Shown here piece by piece: positions 12,301 through 26,366 of a stretch of 64,000 nucleotides of DNA. Position 1 is the stretch's first letter; every line of letters starts with the position of its first letter. The position numbers and the translations under genes were made by a program. This DNA is from the human T2T-CHM13v2.0 reference genome, Homo sapiens. The stretch lies in NCBI RefSeq assembly GCF_009914755.1, contig NC_060932.1; one strand, given 5' to 3'. A model generated the notes under the pieces. The model made no database searches and was not told the DNA's origin. It was given only the letters and a program-made list of their open reading frames with translations.

Positions 12301-15300
12301 CATATGTCCCTTTGCAGATTTCCCCAAAAAAGTGGCCACAACCTGCTGAATCAAAAGAAATGTTTACCTCTGTGAGATGAATCCACACATCACAAGGCAG
12401 TTCCACAGATAACTTCTTTCAAGTGTTTATCTGGGGATATTTTTTCCCCATAGGCCTCACTGGGCTCCAAAATGTCCCTTAGCAGATTCATTAAAGACAG
12501 TGTTTCCAAAACGCTAAATCAAAACAAAGGTTTAACTCTGAGAGATGAATCCACACATCACAAAGTAGTTTCACAGACACCTTCTTCATAGTTTGTATCT
12601 GGAAATATTCGGTTTTTCTATATAGGCCTAAAAGGGCTGCAAAATTCCCTTCACAGATTCTCCAAAGATTGTGTCTCCAAATTGCTGGATGAAAAGAAAA
12701 GAAAGGTTTTACTCTTTGAGAAGAATGTACACATCACAAAGCAGTTTCACTGATAGCTTCTTTCTAGTTTTTATCTGAAGATATTCTGTGTTTACCCATA
12801 GGTCTCAATGAACTCCCAAATGTCCTTTCAAAGATTCTCCAAAAAGAGTGTCCCCAACCTATGGAATCAAAAGAAAGGCTGAATTCTGTGAGATGAATCC
12901 ACACATCACAAAGGAGTTTCACAGATAGCTTCTTTCTACTTTTCATCTAGGGATATTCAGTTTTTTCCCAAAGGCCTCAGTGGGGTTTCAAATGTCGCTT
13001 TACAAATACTACAAAAAGAGAGTTTTGAAATTCTGGATCAAAAGAACAGTTTAACACTCAGGTAAATTCACACATCACAAAACAGGGTCACAGATAGCTT
13101 CATTCTAGTTTTTATTTAGGGATATTCTGTTTTTCTTCATTGTATTCAATGTGCCCCCAAATGTCCCTTCCGAGTTGTCCACAAAGCAGTTTAACACATA
13201 GCTTCTTTCTAGTCTTTATCTGAGGATATTTATTTTTTCCCCTTAGGCTTCAATGGACTCCCAAATGTCCCATCACAGATTCTCCGAAAAGAGTGTGTCC
13301 AACCTGCTGAATAAAAAAAAAATGGTAGTTTTTTCCCATAGGCCTCAATGGGCTCCCAAGTGTCCCTTCATAGATTCTCCAAAAAGAGTGTTTCCAACCT
13401 TCTGGATCAAAAGAAAGTTTTAAATCTGTGAAAGGAATCCACGCCTCAGGAAGCTGTTTCACAGATAACTTCTTTGTAGTTTTTTCCCTTAGGCCTCAAT
13501 GGGCTCCCAAATATTTCTTTGCAGATTCTCCCATTAGAGTGTTTCCAACCTGCTGAACCAAAAAAAGGTTTATCTCTGTGAGATGAAGCCACATAAAACC
13601 AAGCAGTTTCACAGAAACTTCTTTGTAGATTTTAAAGAGGAATATTTGGCTACTCACCATAAGCCTCTATGAGTTCCCTAATGTCCCCTCGCAGATTCTA
13701 CAAAAAGAGTGTTTCCACCCTGCTGACTCAAAAGAAAGGTTTATCTGTGTGAGATGAATCCACACATCACAAAGCAGTTTATCAGATAGTTTCTTTCCAG
13801 TTTTTATATGGGAATATTTGGATTTTTCCCCACAGGCCTCAATGGGCTCCAAAATGTGCCTTTGTAGACTCTAAAAAAGAGTGTTTCCAAACTTCTGAAT
13901 CAGAAGAAAAATTTTATTTTGTGAGATGAATCCACACATCACAAAGCAGTTTCATGAATAAGTTCATTCTAGTTTTATCTCGGGATATTTGTGTTTTCCC
14001 CATAGGCTTCAATTGGCTCCCAAATGTCCCTTTGCTGATTATTTAAAAAGAGTGTTTCCAACCTGCTGAATCAAAAGTAAGGTTTAACTTTGTGAGATGA
14101 ATCCACCCATCAAAAACCAGTTTCACTGATAGCTTCTTTCTAGTTTTTAGCTGGAAATACTTGGTTTTTCCCAATAGGCCTCAATGGACTCTGAAATGTG
14201 CCTTTGATGATTTTCCAAAAAGAGTGTTTCCAACCTGCTGAATGAAAAGAAAGGTTTACCTCTGTGATATGAATCCAGACAACACAAAGCAGATTCATAT
14301 ATAGCTTCCTTCTAGTTTTTACCTGTGGATATTCAGCTTATCCCCATAGACCTCAATCGGTTCCCAAATGTCTGTTGATAGATTCTGCAAAAACAATGTT
14401 TCCTGTCTGCTGAATCAAAAGAAAGTTTTAACTTTGTGAGATGTATCCACACATCACAAAGCAGTTTCAGAAATAGCTTCTGTCTAATTTTTATATGGGG
14501 ATATTCTGTTTCTCCCCTTATGCCTCAATTGGCTCCGAAGTCTCCCTGGGCAGATTCTATAAAAAGAGTATTTCTATCCTGCTGAACCAAGAGAAAGGTT
14601 TAACTCTGTGAGATGAATCCAGAGATCACAAAGCAGTTTCATGGATAGCTTCTTTCTAGTTTTTATCTGGGGATATTCGATTTTTCCCAATACGCCCCAA
14701 AGGTCTTCGATATGTCCCTTCTCATATTCTCCAAAAATAGTATTTCCAACCCATTGAATCAATAGAATGCTTTAACTCTGTGAGATGAATCCACTCATCA
14801 CAATGCTTTGCAGATAACTTCTTTCTAGTTTTTATCTGGGGATATTAAGGTTTTTTTCCATGGGACCCAATTGGCTACAAAATGTCCCTTGACAGATTCT
14901 ACAAAAACAGTGTTTCAAACCTGCTGAATCAGGAGAAAAGTTTAACTCTGTGAGATGAATCCACACATCAGAAAGCAGTTTCACAGAGAGCTTCTTTCTA
15001 GTTTTTTTTTCCAGGGATATTTGGTTTTTCCCCAAGGGTCTGAAAGGGCTCCCAAATGTTCCTTCACAGATTCTACAAAAAGCAGGTTTCCAACCTGTTG
15101 AATCAAAAGAAAGGTTTAAATCTCTGAGATGAATTCACACCTCACAAAGCAGACTCACAGATAGCTTCTTTTTTGTTTTTATCTGGGGATAGTCAATTTT
15201 TCCCAATATGTGTTAAAGGTCTCCCAAATGTCCCTTTGAAGATTCTTTAAAATGAGTGTTTCCTACCTGCTGAATCCAAAGAAATATTTAACTCTGTGAG

Positions 15301-16293
15301 CTGAATCCACTCATCAGAAAGCAGTTTCAGAGAAATCTTCTTTCTAGTTTTTATCAGGGGATATTTGGTTTTGACCCATAGGCCTCAAAGAGCTCCCACA
15401 TGTCCCTCCACAGATTCTCCAAAAAGAGTATTTCCATCCTGCTGAATAATAGAAAGCTTTATCTCTGTGAGATGAATCCACACATCACAAAGCAGTTTCA
15501 CAGATTCCCTTCTTTCTACTTTTTATCTGGGGATATTTGGTTTTTCCCAATAGTATTCAATGTGCTCCCAAATATCCCTTTGAAAACACTACAAAAAGAG
15601 TGTTTCCAAACTGCCGAAAAAAAAGGACAGGTTTAACTCTGTGAGATGAATCCACACATCACAAAGCAGTTTCACAGATAGCTTCTTTCTCGTTTTTATC
15701 TGGACATGTTTAGATTTTCCCCATTGGTCTCAATGATACCCAAATGTCTTATCAGAGATTCTACATAAAGAGTGTTTCCAACCTGCTTAATCAAAAGAAT
15801 GGTTTAACTTAGTGAGGTGAATGCATACATTGCAAAGCAGTTTCAAAGATAGCTTCTTTCTAGTTTTTACCTGGGGATATTCTGTTTTGCCCTACAAGCC
15901 TCAATGGTCTCCCTAATGTTCCTTCTCAGATTCTACAAGTGCGTTTCAAACCTGGTGAATCAAAAGAAAGTTTTAACCCTGTGAGATGAATCCAGATATC
16001 AAAAAGCAATTTCACAGACAGTTTCTTTATAGTTTTTATCTGCAGATATTCCATTTTGCCCCATAAGCCTCTATGGGCTCCCAAATGTCCCTTTGCAGAT
16101 TCTCCAAAAAGAGTATTTCTAACCTTCTAAATCAAAAGAATGGTTTACCTCTGTGAGGTGAATCCAGACATCACAGAGCAGTTTCACAGATAGCTTTTTT
16201 TCTAGTTTTTATGTCGGGATATTCTGTTTTTCCCCTTAGACCACAATGGGCTCTGAAATGTCCCTTAGCAGATTCTCCAAAAGGAGTGTTTCC
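9319..16293 (-). repeat. Ancient monomeric alpha-satellite, inverted orientation
   Basis: Reverse-complement monomers (gagtgtttccaacctgctgaatcaaaagaaaggtttaactctgtgagatgaatccacacatcacaaagcagtttcacagatagcttc). Confidence 0.97.
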
Positions 16294-16875
16294 TGTGGGG
16301 TAAACCAGCTCCACACCACCCCGTGGGTGCCCCTAGTCTGGTGGAGATAAGAGGAGTTAGAAAGGGTCCGAATAAGCGTTTAAATTGTGGGTCTAGTGGA
16401 CCAGAGTTTTGGAGGGTTTCTCATGGCCCAGAGCTGTCAACCTTCACCCAATGTATTGATTTACAAGCTCTTTGCTCTTAGGGCAGATGGGAGGGGGAGT
16501 AAGGGATGAGGAAAAGGATTAATCAGTGAAGGAGAACTCATGATTCATTCGATATGAAGTACAGCAGTGGCTGTTTCTGTGAATTTCCTTGAGCAAAGGC
16601 GTGTGTCTAAACTACTTAAGATTGTTAATTTATTGGGACTGAAACAGGTGAGAGTGGGTTTCAGGAGGAGCCAAGGTGTTTGATTATGCTCCACTGCTTC
16701 AAAGGAGTTTTATCTCCCTGAGCAACCTGTGGAATGATGCAGAAGGTTTATGCTCTTGGGGCATAAAGACATGAAGGCAATAAGGAGACTTTTCTCATGC
16801 CACAATGGCTTCCCATAGGTGTCTCACACAGGTGAGATCAACTCACCTGGCACCCCAGCAACTCTTTTTCCTACA
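16294..16875 (-). mobile_element. 3' LTR of HERV-K14 (HML-1)-like provirus, LTR14B-like
   Basis: On the minus strand reads TGTAGGAAAAAGAGTTGCTGGGGTGCCAGG...CCCCACA (TG...CA termini, ~580 bp), preceded by a purine-rich PPT (aaagacaaaaacggaggaca). Family recognised from recalled consensus. Confidence 0.85.
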
Positions 16876-16899
16876 TGTCCTCCGTTTTTGTCTTTATTA

Positions 16900-18843
16900 A
16901 TGCTTTTTTCTTTAATAACCACCTTTGCTATAATGGCTCATTCACAGTGTCTGGCTTCTCTCCCCATGTGCTGTCCGCATCTGTAGATTAAAAACAAAGA
17001 GCATAAACAGACACAAGCCAAAATAAAATTTGGAATTGTTGATGCACCTATGGTTTTAATGCACTTTAAAGGATTGGAATTAGAAAGACCATCAGCAGCT
17101 CCAGCAAGATTATCAGTTCCAGGAAACAGGCTGAGATGCCTCAAATTTTTTTTTTCAGTTTAGCAATATCTAATGTTAAATTTTCTTCTTTTCCTTGTAG
17201 GTGACGTCTAATCATGTCCCAATTGTGTTCAGTAATATCATAAGAGCTAGGAGTAATACAGAAACCAGAAGTATTCCAATTACATTGCTTCTGAATTCTA
17301 TGCTGCAAGCTCATAATCTGATCTCCCATCCAAATTACTGTTTGATGGAAATCATTAATTGAATTTGCCAATTTTTGATCTATTTCACTTTGGGAATTCC
17401 AAAGCTTAGAAGAAGTATTTGCTAACTATCCACAAATCCCGCAGTTTGATAGAAGAGTGCAAAGCAACACCAGCAGCAGCAGCAGTAGCTGTGACAGCTA
17501 TAAGTCCCATGATCACAGCTTTTAAATTAAATAAGAATCTCTTTGATCTATTAAGTATTCCTTTTAGCACTTCAGTGATAATATGTATGGAGGGAGAGTC
17601 CTCCCAAGGTCTACTGACAGAAACAGATATCCAAACTCCTTCTCGGGACCTAACCAGTTGTACGCTGTAATCTTTATTAAAGGTAGAATTAATTCAGGTA
17701 ATAAGATGACAGTTGAGGCATGATATGGTTTGACAGTCATGCAGGATATAATTATTTTTTCCCACTGCCAACATAAAAGGAGGTTTAACACAACTCTGCA
17801 ATGGGACCATCTGATTAGAGGTCATGGCTACAACAAATCAAATTTTTTTACTATGGGTCTCTGTTTTATATTCTCCTTTCCAAATCTGAACTGGGGTTTG
17901 AGCCATCATTAACATCCACAATTCTGGATATTATGGACTTACAATTGGATCAACCATTTTTGGGCTTGGAGGAGCCATACCATTCTCCTCCCACTTAATA
18001 GGGTAATTTGTTTCTATTCTTCTATATAATTTTGGTGCATTATCTTGGTAGTCGTTTGCAAAAGGATTCTCTCAACAATCTTTGTGCTGTCCAGTACTAT
18101 TTACTGCAAAGTGTCCCCTAGGGGCCCAAACAATTGTGATTCCATAGGAATTATTTTGCAGTACAGCAGCGCTGTTTGCAATACCATCTTCCCAGGTTAG
18201 CACCTCTATATTTACAGACCATTTAGTGGCCTGCAGGGCAGGGTTTCTTATTAGTTTTAAATTTATTAATCTGGTGATGTGTCATAACATAACCATGCTC
18301 AAGGTATTTAATAGTGTCCAAAGATTGAAATGTTCTTCTACTGATTGCATGAGTAGAGGCCTTTGATTCATTATGTGCAGGGACACAAACCATCCAAGTT
18401 TGTTTATCATAATTTAAACATCCTGCTGTTGGGCCCAGGCAGATGGGAAGAAAGAAATAACCAATGGAAACATTCATTAACATTCCTTCCTCCTCTGGAT
18501 GAGTAGGACCTCAGTTATCTGTTGGTCCAGGCATCCCAACACTATCATTAATCTAAACCTCTACCCAGGGTTTTAACCACATAACAGACCTAATCAGTGG
18601 TGGGAATGGAATGTAGGCCCAAGTGTAATTTTCATCTGCCTTAGCAATGGGGAGACTCACTGCCAGAGAGATTACCACCATCATAGCTACCATTAGATTA
18701 CTGGTGGTCAGCAGCTTGTTCTGAGACCTCAGGTTCTCTTCTGCAATGTGAGCTAGTCTCTTCATCTGCCCTCAGGTCGGTGGAGTTACTTGGCGAGTTT
18801 TACTGGTTTTCATCTGCTCAACAGAGATGTTCATCTGAGCCAT
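16900..18843 (-). pseudogene. env: HERV-K (HML-1-like) env, disrupted
   Basis: Signal-peptide region and YTWAYIPFPPLIR (18553-18765), NRSKRF furin site near 17536-17553, TM segment [29 protein letters not shown]; many stops and frameshifts. Confidence 0.9.
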
Positions 18844-18849
18844 CTGATG

Positions 18850-20597
18850 AACTGAGGGTGCAGGGATGTTCTTAGGTCTTTTCCTCTTCCTTGGATTCTG
18901 GCTAACGCCACAGCTTAAGATGTCTTGTGGGTACCCAGACAGGAAGCTGATTCTCTTCTGGTGAGATACAAGGAAAACCCTCGACCTTATGTAATGGTTT
19001 TACCTTTTTCCAGGTTTTGGTTCTGACGTCCTTCCACCACACGTTTTCCTTCATGAGGATTTATTTTATGTCCTGTCAAATGCTGCTCTGCTGCTGTTGT
19101 AACCTGATCTCTAGACAAATTCAAAAAATTGGAAGTGATAAGAGCCAATCTTGGCTGCATTGTGGAGTAGAATATTCTCTGGTTCCCCCCCTCTGCCTTT
19201 TGTTTTTGTAATTGAGATTTTAAGGTTCAATTTGCCCATTCCACAATGACTTGGCCATGAGAATTATAGGGTATTCCAGTACTGTGCTCAATGTGCTATA
19301 GTTGAAGGAATGCTTGTAAAGGTTTACTACAGTAGCCTGGGCCATTGTCTGTTTTAATATTTTGTGGGATGCCCATGCCTGGGAAACAGGAAAGTAAATG
19401 TCTTTTAATATGAGCAGCTGCCTCAACTGTTTGGCAAGTTGCCCATACAAAATGAGAAAATGTGTCTGTAGTAACATGGACGTATGAAAATTTCCCGAAT
19501 GAAGGTATGTGGGTTACATCCACTTGCCACAACATATTGAAGGTTAATCCCCATGGGTTAGCATGAGTCCTTTCATGTGGCAGTTTTAGTACCTGGCACC
19601 AAAGGGAATGTTGTACAATGTCCTTTGCTGCCTCTAAGTAATGTGATATTTTTGTTTAAGTCCTGCTGCTTTAACATGTGTTTGGGAGTGAAAATCTTTG
19701 GCATTAGAAAGCACAGTGGAAACTAGTAAATCAGCTTGATCATTGGCCCTTACAAGGGGCCCAGGAAGATTAGTGTGTGCTCGAATGTGTTTAATATAGA
19801 ATGGAAAATAGCAATCATGCACTGCCTTTTGTAAAGAAGAAAACAGCTGATAGAGTTGTTCATCCACAAGATATTTAATGAATGCAATTTCTATGTATTG
19901 AGTACCTGAACAACATAAGCTGAATCGGAGACAATATTTACAGGTTGCTTAAAGTCTTCTAACACAGCTATAACTGTCTGTAATTCAGCCCTCTGTGCCA
20001 ATTGAAAGTCAGTTTGAGTTATTCTGTTTTTAAGTCCTACATAAGCTGCTTTTCTATTTCTAGAGCCATCTGTAAACAGTTATTGCTCCTTCCAGTGGAG
20101 AACTATGGGTAATTTTTGGAAGGACCAATGTTAGCTTTAAAAACTGAAAAATTTTGATTTTGAATAATGATTGTCAAGAACTCCAATGAAGCCAGCTATA
20201 TTTATTTGCCAGTTCACCGGATTAATAAGGGCTTGCTGCATCTGATTTTTATTCTTTGGAACTATAATCTTATCTGGATCTGAAAAACAAAGTTTAACAA
20301 CTCTAAGGCCAGCTTGCCCTTTCAAGATTGCCGTCTGATCCAAGTATACTGTGAGTGTTCTCACAGTATTGTGAGGCAGAAAAGACCATTCAACTAAGTC
20401 CTCATTCTCAACTATAACCCCTGTAGGAGAATGAAGAATAAGGAACACAATGAAGTGTAATGGCAAACCTGAGTCTATTCTATTAACCTGGGACTGTTGT
20501 ATTTTTTCTTCAATCATTTGTAAGTCTTTGTCAGCCTCAGGAGTCAGTTCTCATTTACTATTGAACTCATGGTCTCATCTTTATATGGAGAACAGTT
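18850..20597 (-). pseudogene. pol: HERV-K (HML-1-like) pol 3' part: RT connection, RNase H, integrase; truncated at 20597
   Basis: IEEKIQQSQVNRID (connection), HIRAHTNLPGPLVRANDQAD (RNase H), WQVDVTH...IKTDNGPGY (integrase D,D motifs). Confidence 0.92.
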
Positions 20598-23500
20598 AAT
20601 CTGTGAAGGGACATTTGGTAGCTTATTGAGGCCTCTGTGTAAAAACAGAATATTCCCAGATAAAAACTAGAAAGAAGCTGTCTCTGAAACTGCTTTGTGA
20701 TGTGTTGGTTCATCTCACAGAGTTAAACTTTTAATTTGGCAGGCTGGAGAATCTGCGAAAGGACATTTGTGAGCCAATTGAGGCCTATGGCAAAAAAACG
20801 AATAACCCCAGATACAAACTGGAAAGAAGCTATCTGTGAAACTGCTTTGTGATGTGTGGATTTATCTCACGGTGTTACAACTTCTTTGATTCAGCAGGTT
20901 GGAAATACTCTTTTTGGAAGAACTGTGAAGAAACATTTGGGATCCAATTGAGGACTATGGGGAAAAACCAAATATTCCAGATAGAAAATGGAATGAAGCT
21001 ATCTGTGAAACTCCTTTGTGATGTGTGGATTCATCTCACAGCTAAACCTTACTTTTGATTCGGCAGGTTAGAAACACACATTTTGCAGAATCTGTGAAAC
21101 GACCTTTTGGAGCCCTTTGAAGCCTATAGAGCAAAACCCTATATCCTCTGATAAAAATGAGAAAGAAGCTATCTGTGAAACTGCTCTGTGATGTGTGAAT
21201 TCACATCACATAGTTAAATTTTTCTCCCAATTTAGCAAATTGGAAACACTCTTTTTGGAATATCTACTAAGGGACATTTGGGAGCTTAGTGCAGCCTAGG
21301 GGAAAAACAGAATATTCCCAGAAAAAAACTAGAAGGAAGCTCTCTCTGAAACTGCTTTGTGATGTGTTAATTCTTCTCACATAGAGTTAAACCTTTATTT
21401 TGAATCAGTTGGCTGGAAACACTCATTTTGGAGAATCTGCAAAGGGACATTTGGAAGCTCATTGAGGACTATGGGGAAAATTCAAACATCCTCAGATAAA
21501 AACCAGATAGAAGCAATGTGTGAAACTGCTTTGTGATGTTTGGATTAATCCCACAGAGTTAAAAGCTTCTTTCAATTCAGTAGGCTGGAAATACTCTTTT
21601 TCCAGTATCTGCAAAGGGACATTTAAGAGCTCACTGAGGCCTATGGGGAAAAACTGAACATCCATCCCCAGATAAAAACAAGAAAGAATATATGTGTCAA
21701 ACTTCTTTGTGACGTGTGGATTCATCTCACAGGGTTAAACCTTCCTTTTGATTCAGCAGGTTTGAAACACTCTTTTTGTAGAACCTGTGAAGGTACATTT
21801 GGGAGCCCATTCAGACCTAAGGGGAAAAACTGAATATCCCCAGAGACAAAGTAGAAATAATCTATCTCTGAAAATCCTTTGTGATGTGGATTCATCTCAC
21901 CTAGTTAAATGATTCTTTGGGTTCAGCAGGTTAAAAACCCTCTTTTTGGAGATCTTGTGAAGGGATATTTGGGAAACCATTGAGGACTATGTGGAAAAAC
22001 AAATATTCCCAAGTAAACACTCTGAAGATGCTATCTGTGAAACTGCTTTTTGATGTGCAGATTCATCTAAAAGAGTTAAAAGTTTCTTTTGATTCAGTAA
22101 ATTGGAAACACTCCTATTGGAGAATCTGTGAAGGAGACATTTGTGAGTGCATTGAGGCCTATGGGGCAAAACCGGATATCCCCAGAAAAAAATTAGAAGG
22201 AAGCTATCTGTGAAACTGCTTTGTGATGTGCAGATGCATCTCACAGATTTAAACCTCTCTTTTGATTCAGGAGGTTAGAAACACTCTTTTTGAAGCATCT
22301 GTGAAGGGACATTTTGAAGCCCATTGAGGCCTATGGGGAAAAACTTAATATCCCCAGATAAAAACTTGAAAGAACCTATTTGTGAAACTGCTTTCTGTTG
22401 TGTGGATTCATTTCACAGAGTGAAACCTTTCCCTTGTTTTAGCAAGTTGGAAACCTTCTTTTTGGGATATATGCGAAGGGACAATTGGGAGCACATTGAG
22501 GCCTATGGAGAAAAACAGAACATCTGCAAATAAAAACTAGAATGAAGCTATCTGTGAAACTCCTTTGAGATGTTTAGATTCATCCCACAAATTTAAAACT
22601 TTATTTTTTAATTCAGGAGTTTGGAAGCACTCTTTGTGAATCTGCAAAGGGACATTTTAGAGCCCATTGATGCCTAGGGATAAAAACCAAATATCCCCAG
22701 ATAATAGCTAGAAAGAAGCTATCTGTGAAACTACTATGTGATGTGTGGGTACATCTCACAGAATTAAAATTTTATTTTTATTCAGGAGGGTGGTAACATT
22801 CTATTTAGAGAATATGTGATGGGATATTTGGGAGCTTATTGAGATCTATGGGATAAAACAGAATATTCCCAGATAAAAATTGGAAAGAAGCTATCTCTCA
22901 AATTGCTTTGTGTTGTGTTAATTCACCTCAGAGAGATAAACCTTTCTTTTGATTCAGCATGTTGGAAACACCCTTTTTGCAGAATCTGTGGAGGGATATG
23001 TGGGAGCCCAATGAGACCTATGGATAAAAACTGAATATCCTCAGATAAAACTAGAAAGAAGCTATCTGTAAAACTGCTTTGTGATGTGTATTCATCTCAC
23101 AGAGTTAAAACTTTCTTTTTATTCAGCAGGTTGGAAGCACTCCTTTTGGATAATCTGTGAAGGGACATTTGGGAGCTTATTGAGGCCTATGGGTAATAAC
23201 AGAATATTGCCAGATATAAAATAGAAAGTCGCAATCTCTGAAACTACTATGTGATGTGTGGATTCATTTCACAGAGTTTAACCTTTGCTTTGATTCAGCA
23301 GCTTGAAAGCACTCTTTTTGGGAATCTGAGAAATGACATTTCGGAGCCTGCTGAGGTCTATGGGGAAAACAAAATATTCTCAGATAGAAACTAGAAAGAA
23401 GCTGTCTGTGAAACTGCTTTGTCATGTGTGCATTCATCTCACAGAGTTAAACCTTTCTGTTGATTCAGCAGGTTTAGAAACACTCTTGTTGGAGAATTTG

Positions 23501-26366
23501 TGAAGGGATATTAGGGAGCCCATTGAGGCTTATGGGCGAAAACAGAATATCCCCTGATAAAAAACTAGAAAGAAGCTATAAGTGAAACAGCTTTGTTATG
23601 TGTGGATTCATCTCAAAGAGGTAAACTTTTCTTTTGATCCAGCAGGTTGGAAACACTGTTTTTGGAGGACCTATGAAGGGACATGTGGGAGCCCTGTGAG
23701 GTCTATGGGGAAAAACTGAATATCCCCAGATAAACAGTACAAATAAGCTCTCTGTGAAGCTGCTTTTTGGTGTGTGGATTCATCTCACAGAATTTAACAT
23801 TTCCTTCAATTCAGCAGGTTGAAAATCCTATTTTTGGGTTGTCTGTGAAAAGACAGTTGGGAGCACATTGAGGCCTATGGAGAACACTGAATATTTCCAG
23901 ATAACAACTAGAAAGAAGCTATCTGTGAAACTGCTTTGAGATGTGTAGATTGATCTCACAGAGTTAAGCCATTTTTTGATTCAGCAGGTTGCAACACTGT
24001 TTTTCAAGAATCTGTGAAGGAACATTTGGGAGCTTATTGAGGCCTATGGGGAAAAACCTAATATTCCTAGATAATAACTAGAAACAAGCGATCTGTGAAA
24101 CTGATTTGTGATGTGTGGATACAGCTCACAGAATTCTCCCTTTCTTTTGATTCAGCAGGGTGGTAACACTCTTTTAGGAGAACATGCAAAGGGACATTTA
24201 GGAGCATATTGAGACCTATGTGTCAAAACAGAATATTCCTAGATAATAACTATAAAGAATCTATCTCTGAAACTGCTTTGTGATGTGTTGGTTCATGTCA
24301 CAGAGTTAAACCTTACTTTTAATTCAGCAAGTTTGAAATACTCTTTTTGGAGAATCTGTGAAGAGACATCTGGGAGTCCATTTAGGCCTATGGAAAAAAA
24401 CTGAATAACCCCAGATACAAACTGGAAAGAACCTATCGTTGAAACTGCTTTGTGATGTGTCGATGCATCTCACAGAGTTAAAGCTTTTTTGATTCAGCAG
24501 GTTGGAAACACTCTTTTTGGAGAAACTGTGAAGGGAGATATGGGAGCCACTGAGGACTATGGGGAAAAAACAAATATTCCCAGATAGAAACCGGAAAGAA
24601 GCAATTTGTGAAACTGCTTTGTGGCATATGGATTCACTTCACAGAGTAAAACTTTCTTTTGATTCATAAGTTGGAAATACTCTTTACGTAGAATCTGTGA
24701 AGGGTCATTTAGGAGCCCTTTGAGGACTACGGGGCAAAACCAAATATTTTCAAAGAAAAACTAGAAAGAAGCAATCTGTGAAATTGCTTTGTGCTGTGTG
24801 GATTCATCTCACAGCTAAACCTTACTTTTGATTCAGCAGGTTGGAAAAACTCTTTTTGCAGAATCTGAGAAACGACATTTTGGAGCTCATTGAAACCTAT
24901 CAGGCAAAACTGTATATCCCCAGATAAAAACGAGAAAGAAGTCATCTGTGAAACTGTTTTTTGTTGTGTGGATTTATGTCACATAGTTAAATTTTTATCT
25001 TGATTTGGCAAATTGGAAACATTCTTTTTGGAGTATCTGCGAAAGGACATTTGGGAACTTAGTGAGGCCTATGGGGAAAAACCGAATATTCCCAGCAAAA
25101 AACTAGAAACAAGCTCTCTCTGAAACTGCTTTGTGATGTGTTTATTCATCTCACAGAGTTAAAACTTTCTTTTGATTCAGTAGGTTGGAAACACTCTTTT
25201 TGGAGAATCTGTGAAGGGACATTTTGAAGCTTATTGAGGCCTATGCAGGAAAATTGATTGTTCCCAGATAAAAGCTGGAAAGAAGCTGTCTGTCAAACTG
25301 CTTTGTGAAGTGTGGATTCATCTGACACAGTTAAAACTTTATTTTGTTTCAGTAGGTGAGAATGGTCTTTTTGTAGAATCTATGAGATAGAACATTGAAG
25401 AGCCCATTGATGCCTACTGGGAAAAAATGAATATTTCCAGATAATAATTAGACAGAAGCTATCTGTTAAACACCTTTGCATTATGTGAACTTGTCTCACA
25501 GAATTAAGGCTTTCTTTTGATACAACAGCTTGGAAACTCTCTTTTTGGAGAATCTGCCAAAGGACATTTGGGAGCCCATTGAGGCAAATAGGGCAAAAAC
25601 AAATATCCCCAGATAAAAACTAGAAAGAAGCTCTCTGTGAAACTGCTTTGTAATCTGTGGATTTTTTGATTCATCCGGTTGGAAGCACTCTTTCTGGAAA
25701 ATCTGTGAAGAGACATTTTGGAGTCCTTTTATGTCTATGAAAATAAACTGAACATCCCCAGATAGAAACTACAAAGATGTTGTCTGTGAAACTGCTTTGT
25801 GATGTGTGGATTCATCTGGTAGAATTAAAAACTTATTTTGATTCAGCAGGTTGGAAGCTCTATTTTGTAGCATCTGTGAAGGTACATTTGTGAGCTCATT
25901 GAGGCCCATAGTGATAAACTGAATGTCCCCACATATAAACTAGAAAAAAGCCATCCGTGAAACTCCTTTGTTATGTGTGGATTCATCTCAAAGAGTTAAG
26001 AATTTCTTTTGATTCAGCATGTTGGAAACACTCTTCTTGGAGAATCAGTGAAGGGGCATTTTGCAACCTATTGCAATCTATTGGGAAATACAGAATATTT
26101 CCAGATAAAACTAGAAAGAGGGTATGTGTGAAACTGCTTTGTGATGTGTGGATTCATCTCACAGACTTATACTTTTGATTCAGTGGGTTGAAAACACTCT
26201 TTTTGGAGTATCTGCAAAAAGACATTTGGGAGTCTATTGAGGCCTATTGAAAAAAAGAATATCTTCAAGATAAAAACTAGAAAGAAGCTATCTGTGAAAC
26301 TGCTTTGTGATGTACGGATTTATCTCACAGAATTAAACCGTTCTTTACATCCAGTAGGTTGTAATC
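20598..26366 (+). repeat. Ancient monomeric alpha-satellite
   Basis: Same monomer type as 3174-9092; starts abruptly mid-monomer after pol (aacagtt|aatctgtgaaggg). Confidence 0.97.
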
